Part shown: piece after piece, positions 28,185-32,000 of the stretch | Position numbering within the stretch: position 1 is the first letter of the stretch | Layout of the letters: every line of letters begins with the position of its first letter | From: Erysipelotrichaceae bacterium | GTDB taxonomy: Bacteria; Bacillota_I; Bacilli_A; Erysipelotrichales; Coprobacillaceae | DNA length: 32,000 bases | Reading direction: 5' to 3' | Assembly: GCA_028698185.1 (NCBI GenBank) | Contig: JAQVDW010000014.1 | Coordinates: 11,801-43,800 of the forward strand | Translations under genes and position numbers: made by a program | The notes under the pieces: generated by a model | The model's database searches: none | Told to the model about the DNA's origin: nothing | What the model saw: only the letters and a program-made list of their open reading frames with translations

Positions 28185-29390
28185 ATGAAATTAGGATTTG
28201 TGACACCTTGGTTTGGTTTCAATATCCCAGGTGGGGCCGAAGCGGAATTGCGCGGACTGGCCACCCATCTCAACCAGACCGATGTCGAGGTGGAGATCCT
28301 TACCACGTGTGTCAAGGACTTCAACTCCAACTGGAGCGAGAACTTCCATCCTGAAGGCGAAACGGTAGAAAACGGCCTGGTCATCCGCCGGTTCAAAGTC
28401 GACAGACGGAACAAGCAGAAATTCGATCTGGTCAATCTCAAACTGATGAAAAAAATCCCGCTGACCCCAGCTGAGCAGCAGGTCTATATCGACGAGATGG
28501 TCAACTCCAAGGCACTCTACGAATATCTTGAAAACAACCAGGACAATTACGACCTGTTTGTCTTCATCCCTTACATGTTTGGAACAACTTACAACGGCAT
28601 CAAGATCAATCCGAAAAAATCGGTGCTGATCCCTTGTTTCCATGACGAGGCGTATTTCTATCTCGATCTCTTCAAGGATCTTTATTCCCAGCTGGGAGGC
28701 ATGATTTTCCATGCCAGACCCGAACAGCAGCTGGTCGAGGACAACTATCCCCTCGATCCCGGTCTCAAGCACGAAGTGCTAGGTGAAGGGGTGGATACCG
28801 GGTTTGGTTACGACAGGGAGCGGTTTGTCAAGAAGTACAATATCAAGGAGCCGTTCATCCTTTATGCCGGCCGCAAGGAAGCAGGCAAGAGGGTCCATGT
28901 CCTGCTCAAGTACTTTAGCGAATATCATAAGCGCAACAAAACCAATCTCAAGCTGGTTCTTATCGGTGGGGGCAATATCAAGATCCCAAACGATGTGAAA
29001 AAACACGTCAAGGATCTTGGTTTCGTTGACATCCAGGACAAGTATGACGCGTATGGGGCGGCAACATGTCTTTGCCAGCCTTCAAACAGCGAATCGTTTT
29101 CCCTGGTCATCATGGAAAGCTGGCTTGCCAACCGGCCGGTCATCGTAAGCGGTGGCTGCCCGGTAACCAAGAGTTTCGCGATCGAATCGAAAGGCGGACT
29201 CTACTTCGACAACTATTTTGATTTCGAAGGAGCGGTCAGATTCCTGACCGGAAATCCGGAAATCGCGGATGAAATGGGAGCTGCGGGCAACAAGTTCGTC
29301 AATGAAAACTTCGAATGGAACGTCATTGTGGACAAGTACACCCGTTTTTTCCAGGAGCTTATCGACAGGAGAGGTGAATTAGATGGTTAG
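28185..29390 (+). CDS. GT4-family (group 1) glycosyltransferase, paralogue B
   Basis: GGAGGTGGA SD lies upstream. Motifs are ...IPGGAEAELRGLATHL... and ...PSNSESFSLVIMESWLANRPVIV.... It is collinear with the preceding gene (YDLFVF, YVGRxxEGK/YAGRKEAGK, LKLVLxG). Confidence 0.8.
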   Translation: MKLGFVTPWFGFNIPGGAEAELRGLATHLNQTDVEVEILTTCVKDFNSNWSENFHPEGETVENGLVIRRFKVDRRNKQKFDLVNLKLMKKIPLTPAEQQVYIDEMVNSKALYEYLENNQDNYDLFVFIPYMFGTTYNGIKINPKKSVLIPCFHDEAYFYLDLFKDLYSQLGGMIFHARPEQQLVEDNYPLDPGLKHEVLGEGVDTGFGYDRERFVKKYNIKEPFILYAGRKEAGKRVHVLLKYFSEYHKRNKTNLKLVLIGGGNIKIPNDVKKHVKDLGFVDIQDKYDAYGAATCLCQPSNSESFSLVIMESWLANRPVIVSGGCPVTKSFAIESKGGLYFDNYFDFEGAVRFLTGNPEIADEMGAAGNKFVNENFEWNVIVDKYTRFFQELIDRRGELDG

Positions 29391-31854
29391 TTTCTGTTTA
29401 TTGTCACTCAATGTTTTGGCTGTCGCTTTCGCGCTATTGGCCAGGATCAAGAAAACCGATATCCTGACATTGTTTGCGAAAACTGTCTTCTATTTTTTCG
29501 GGGAATATATCCTTGTAAGCGCCCTGTTTTTTGCCTTGGACAGGTTCCAGGTCAATTACGTGCTGGCATTGTCGCTGGCTTTGAACGTGTTTGTAGGACT
29601 GCGGTTTTATCTCAAGGCTGCAGCCAACGGTCCCTTCAAGCTGAAAATCGATCCGCCCACAAGCACGCTGTACGTCATCCTGCTTGTGGTCGCGACGGTA
29701 TTTTCATTCAACCGGTTCGAATTCTTCGGCATGGGTCAAGACCAGGGGGTCTACCAGACCAAAGCGGTCGAATTGGCGTATGGGGACGCTTCGCGGCAGC
29801 TTGATTTTACGGAATACGGATCACTCGAATCGGAAAATCAAAAGGCCGAGTATCGCGAATTCGTATCCGATCTTTTGGGATTCGACAATTACGATCCCCA
29901 AAAACCGTTTTTAAACAGTTCTGATGAACTGAGTCCGGTTTCCGGGATTTTCCATGGTATTCCGACATTTCCGGCCATCCTGGCCCTGGCAATCAGTGCC
30001 TTCGGTCTGGAAAACATGCTTGTGTTCCAGACGGTGTTCTATCTCGCACTGCTTGTTTTTGCCTTGAAGATATGCGAGAATTTCAAGTTCTCCAAGCTGG
30101 TTGGCACCATAGTCGTCGTCGCCGCCTTGTTCTCGCCGGTAATGCTTTGGGTGGCCAAGGCTGCCCTGACCGAGATGTTCCTCGCACTGCTTATCGGGGT
30201 GTTCATCTATTATCTAACCAGCGACAGGGAAGAGGACATCCTCAAATCGACTCTTCCGGTCATGATTTTTTCATTTTTCCATATCTCGGTCTACACCATA
30301 ATTCCAGAAATAATCGTCCTGTATTGGCTTCTCTATCTGACAACCAGAAACAGGACCTATCTGAAAAGCAACTACCTGGCAATGTTCTTCTTTGCGGTTG
30401 GTTATCTTTTCATGCTTTACATAACTCCGACCTACAGCTATAACAACAGCCGGGTCGTATATTTCGGGCCGCTCAATGACTACACCCTGATTTATTTCAC
30501 AGGATTGGCGCTGGTTGGCTGCCTGATTGCGAACTTCATCCTGGGGAAATATTTCCAGTCGTTCCGGATTCGACTCGACAAAGGCAAACTGTTTGACTGG
30601 CTGGTGAAGATCGCCATCGGGGGCATGCTTGTCTACACGGCATTCTATGGCTACAAGCTGGTTAACGGATTGCTTGAGGTTTCCAATCCATCCCAAGCGG
30701 GGTACTACGGCAAGCTGGCGGGACTCAAGAACATCTCGATAGTATCCTATGCCTACCTGACCGGTGGCATCATCTTGCCGGTTGTCTTCTGGAAGGTGCT
30801 CACAAAGACAAAGACGGTGCTGCTTGAAAATAAGAATGCGGCCGTGCTGTTCATGTTCCTGTACAACGTTCTTTTCACATCGACATTCCTGCGCAAGGAA
30901 ATGTTCCACTACTATTACTATTCCCGGTATCTTGCACCATTCCTGCTGATAGTCGTCCTGGTTTTTGGCCTCTATGCGCAAAAATTTGCCAGAAAGGCAT
31001 TGGTTGTCATCCTGGTAGTTGTGAGTGTGTATTACGGCTATTACGGTTATGTGATGATTGAAAACGACGATGATTCAAGAATCACCTACAGCATGATTGA
31101 GGAAATCGCGGGCGAAATCGATGAAAACAGCGCGGTGATCATGGCCAACAGTTCTCTTAGCCGCCTGTTGACCTGGCCGCTTAAAAGCATGGCCGACGCG
31201 AATATCTATCCTGTGTTTGACGAATCTCTGGGGGCTACTGTCGAATTTCTCGAAGACAGATATCAGGATGTCTATGTCCTGGCCAGCGACGAGTTCGAAC
31301 TGCAGGGAATCGAAGCGAATGTCGTCTATGTCAACGGCTACCAGACTTCCCAGGATCTCAACGAATATCGCAACAAATTGATTCCGCTGCCTCAAGCCTT
31401 CACGAAGGAAAACATTGACGTGATCATGGCGAAGGCGATCACGCCCCAAACGCTCTATTCTATGAGCGACGATGACGTGGGCACCATCGGATTTGGCTCT
31501 TTGGAAGGGACTTTCCGCTGGACTGTCGCAAGTGAAGCTTACGTTAACCTTTATCTGGAAAAAGGGGACTATGATCTGGTTGTCAACCAGCTTCCGGTGA
31601 TCCCTTTTGAAAACCTGACCCGTCAAAGCGTCAATATCGATTTCTATATCAATGATGTGTTTGCGGGAAGCTACCAGGTCAGCGACGCCAACAACGAACA
31701 GCCAATCGTCGTCGGAATTTCGAGCGACCTTGTCGCTGATAAGGAAAATGTCTTGAAAATGGTGATTGAAACTTGGTCGCCTGAAGAATTTGGAGTGAAT
31801 GACACGCGCGATCTGGGAATCGCGGTCGAATCGATCCAATTTGTGAAGAAATAG
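29383..31854 (+). CDS. Large polytopic membrane protein (about 560 aa of TM segments) with a ~260-aa C-terminal soluble domain; possibly a GT-C-like extracytoplasmic glycosyltransferase
   Basis: GGAGAGGTGA SD lies upstream. At least ten long hydrophobic segments occur up to about aa 560. An acidic/aromatic first loop (FFGMGQDQGVYQTKAVELAYGD) resembles the GT-C loop-1 region. The C-terminal beta-rich part ends ...NDTRDLGIAVESIQFVKK. The function is an inference only. Confidence 0.45.
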   Translation: MVSFCLLSLNVLAVAFALLARIKKTDILTLFAKTVFYFFGEYILVSALFFALDRFQVNYVLALSLALNVFVGLRFYLKAAANGPFKLKIDPPTSTLYVILLVVATVFSFNRFEFFGMGQDQGVYQTKAVELAYGDASRQLDFTEYGSLESENQKAEYREFVSDLLGFDNYDPQKPFLNSSDELSPVSGIFHGIPTFPAILALAISAFGLENMLVFQTVFYLALLVFALKICENFKFSKLVGTIVVVAALFSPVMLWVAKAALTEMFLALLIGVFIYYLTSDREEDILKSTLPVMIFSFFHISVYTIIPEIIVLYWLLYLTTRNRTYLKSNYLAMFFFAVGYLFMLYITPTYSYNNSRVVYFGPLNDYTLIYFTGLALVGCLIANFILGKYFQSFRIRLDKGKLFDWLVKIAIGGMLVYTAFYGYKLVNGLLEVSNPSQAGYYGKLAGLKNISIVSYAYLTGGIILPVVFWKVLTKTKTVLLENKNAAVLFMFLYNVLFTSTFLRKEMFHYYYYSRYLAPFLLIVVLVFGLYAQKFARKALVVILVVVSVYYGYYGYVMIENDDDSRITYSMIEEIAGEIDENSAVIMANSSLSRLLTWPLKSMADANIYPVFDESLGATVEFLEDRYQDVYVLASDEFELQGIEANVVYVNGYQTSQDLNEYRNKLIPLPQAFTKENIDVIMAKAITPQTLYSMSDDDVGTIGFGSLEGTFRWTVASEAYVNLYLEKGDYDLVVNQLPVIPFENLTRQSVNIDFYINDVFAGSYQVSDANNEQPIVVGISSDLVADKENVLKMVIETWSPEEFGVNDTRDLGIAVESIQFVKK

Positions 31855-32000
31855 GAAGGTAATTTATGAAATTAATTGGCTCTTCGCCACTATGTGTGGG
31901 CAAAGTTTTATTGATAAGCAACTAATTTCATTGAATTCATCACGTTTAACTTGTTTTTCTTGATACAAAAAAGGACATATGGTATTTTCTTAAGCGACAA

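Noticed and set aside
27068-28441. A 457-aa ORF on the minus strand spanning two glycosyltransferase genes
   Set aside because: It is antisense to two plus-strand genes that carry unmistakable GT4 motifs and good SDs, and it crosses their boundary. It has no SD of its own. Its translation is low-information, with the shadow-frame composition typical of the complement of biased codons. The sense genes rarely use TTA, CTA or TCA in frame, and that scarcity keeps the antisense frame open.
31866-31925. A 19-aa ORF (MKLIGSSPLCVGKVLLISN) with GGAAGG 6 nt upstream, just after the last gene
   Set aside because: The SD spacing is good, but the ORF is tiny and has no recognisable features. The window ends 75 nt later, so the context is missing. 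I am not confident enough to annotate it.

Overview
The window looks like a chromosomal segment from a Bacillota-like organism: moderate GC, Shine-Dalgarno-led genes and hairpin plus T-tract terminators. I cannot assign a taxon.

Layout:
- (a) 1-750: the 3' part of an M29 aminopeptidase gene.
- (b) 783-6503: an unusual regulatory-looking block. A 559-aa all-TPR protein on the minus strand is transcribed divergently from three tandem, mutually paralogous plus-strand genes. Each of those has an XRE-type HTH N-terminus and a large C-terminal domain I cannot place. They are followed by an orphan promoter-to-terminator unit of about 255 nt that holds only micro-ORFs (12-28 aa) and stable hairpins.
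- (c) 6559-8718: a minus-strand alpha/beta-hydrolase esterase and an AraC-family regulator.
- (d) 8954-31854: a cell-envelope glycan locus of about 23 kb, entirely on the plus strand and apparently split by terminators into three units. Unit 1 is a glycosyltransferase, a Wzx-like flippase and rmlA-C-B-D. Unit 2 is manC plus a single 895-aa ORF fusing a phosphomannomutase to a GDP-mannose-4,6-dehydratase-like domain. Unit 3 is a GT2, a WbaP/CpsE-type polyprenyl-phosphate sugar-phosphate transferase, five GT4 enzymes, Wzm/Wzt ABC exporter genes, a small coiled-coil protein and an 823-aa polytopic membrane protein.

I saw no rRNA, tRNA, CRISPR array, transposase or integrase.

Most worth following up:
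- the TPR / triple-HTH / micro-transcript block;
- the ManB-Gmd fusion, whose Gmd motif reads QASSCVMYG instead of the canonical QASTSELYG (the catalytic Glu position is Val);
- the absence of any enzyme that would consume GDP-4-keto-6-deoxymannose.

All calls rest on reading the sequence and the ORF translations by eye. No alignments or database searches were run.
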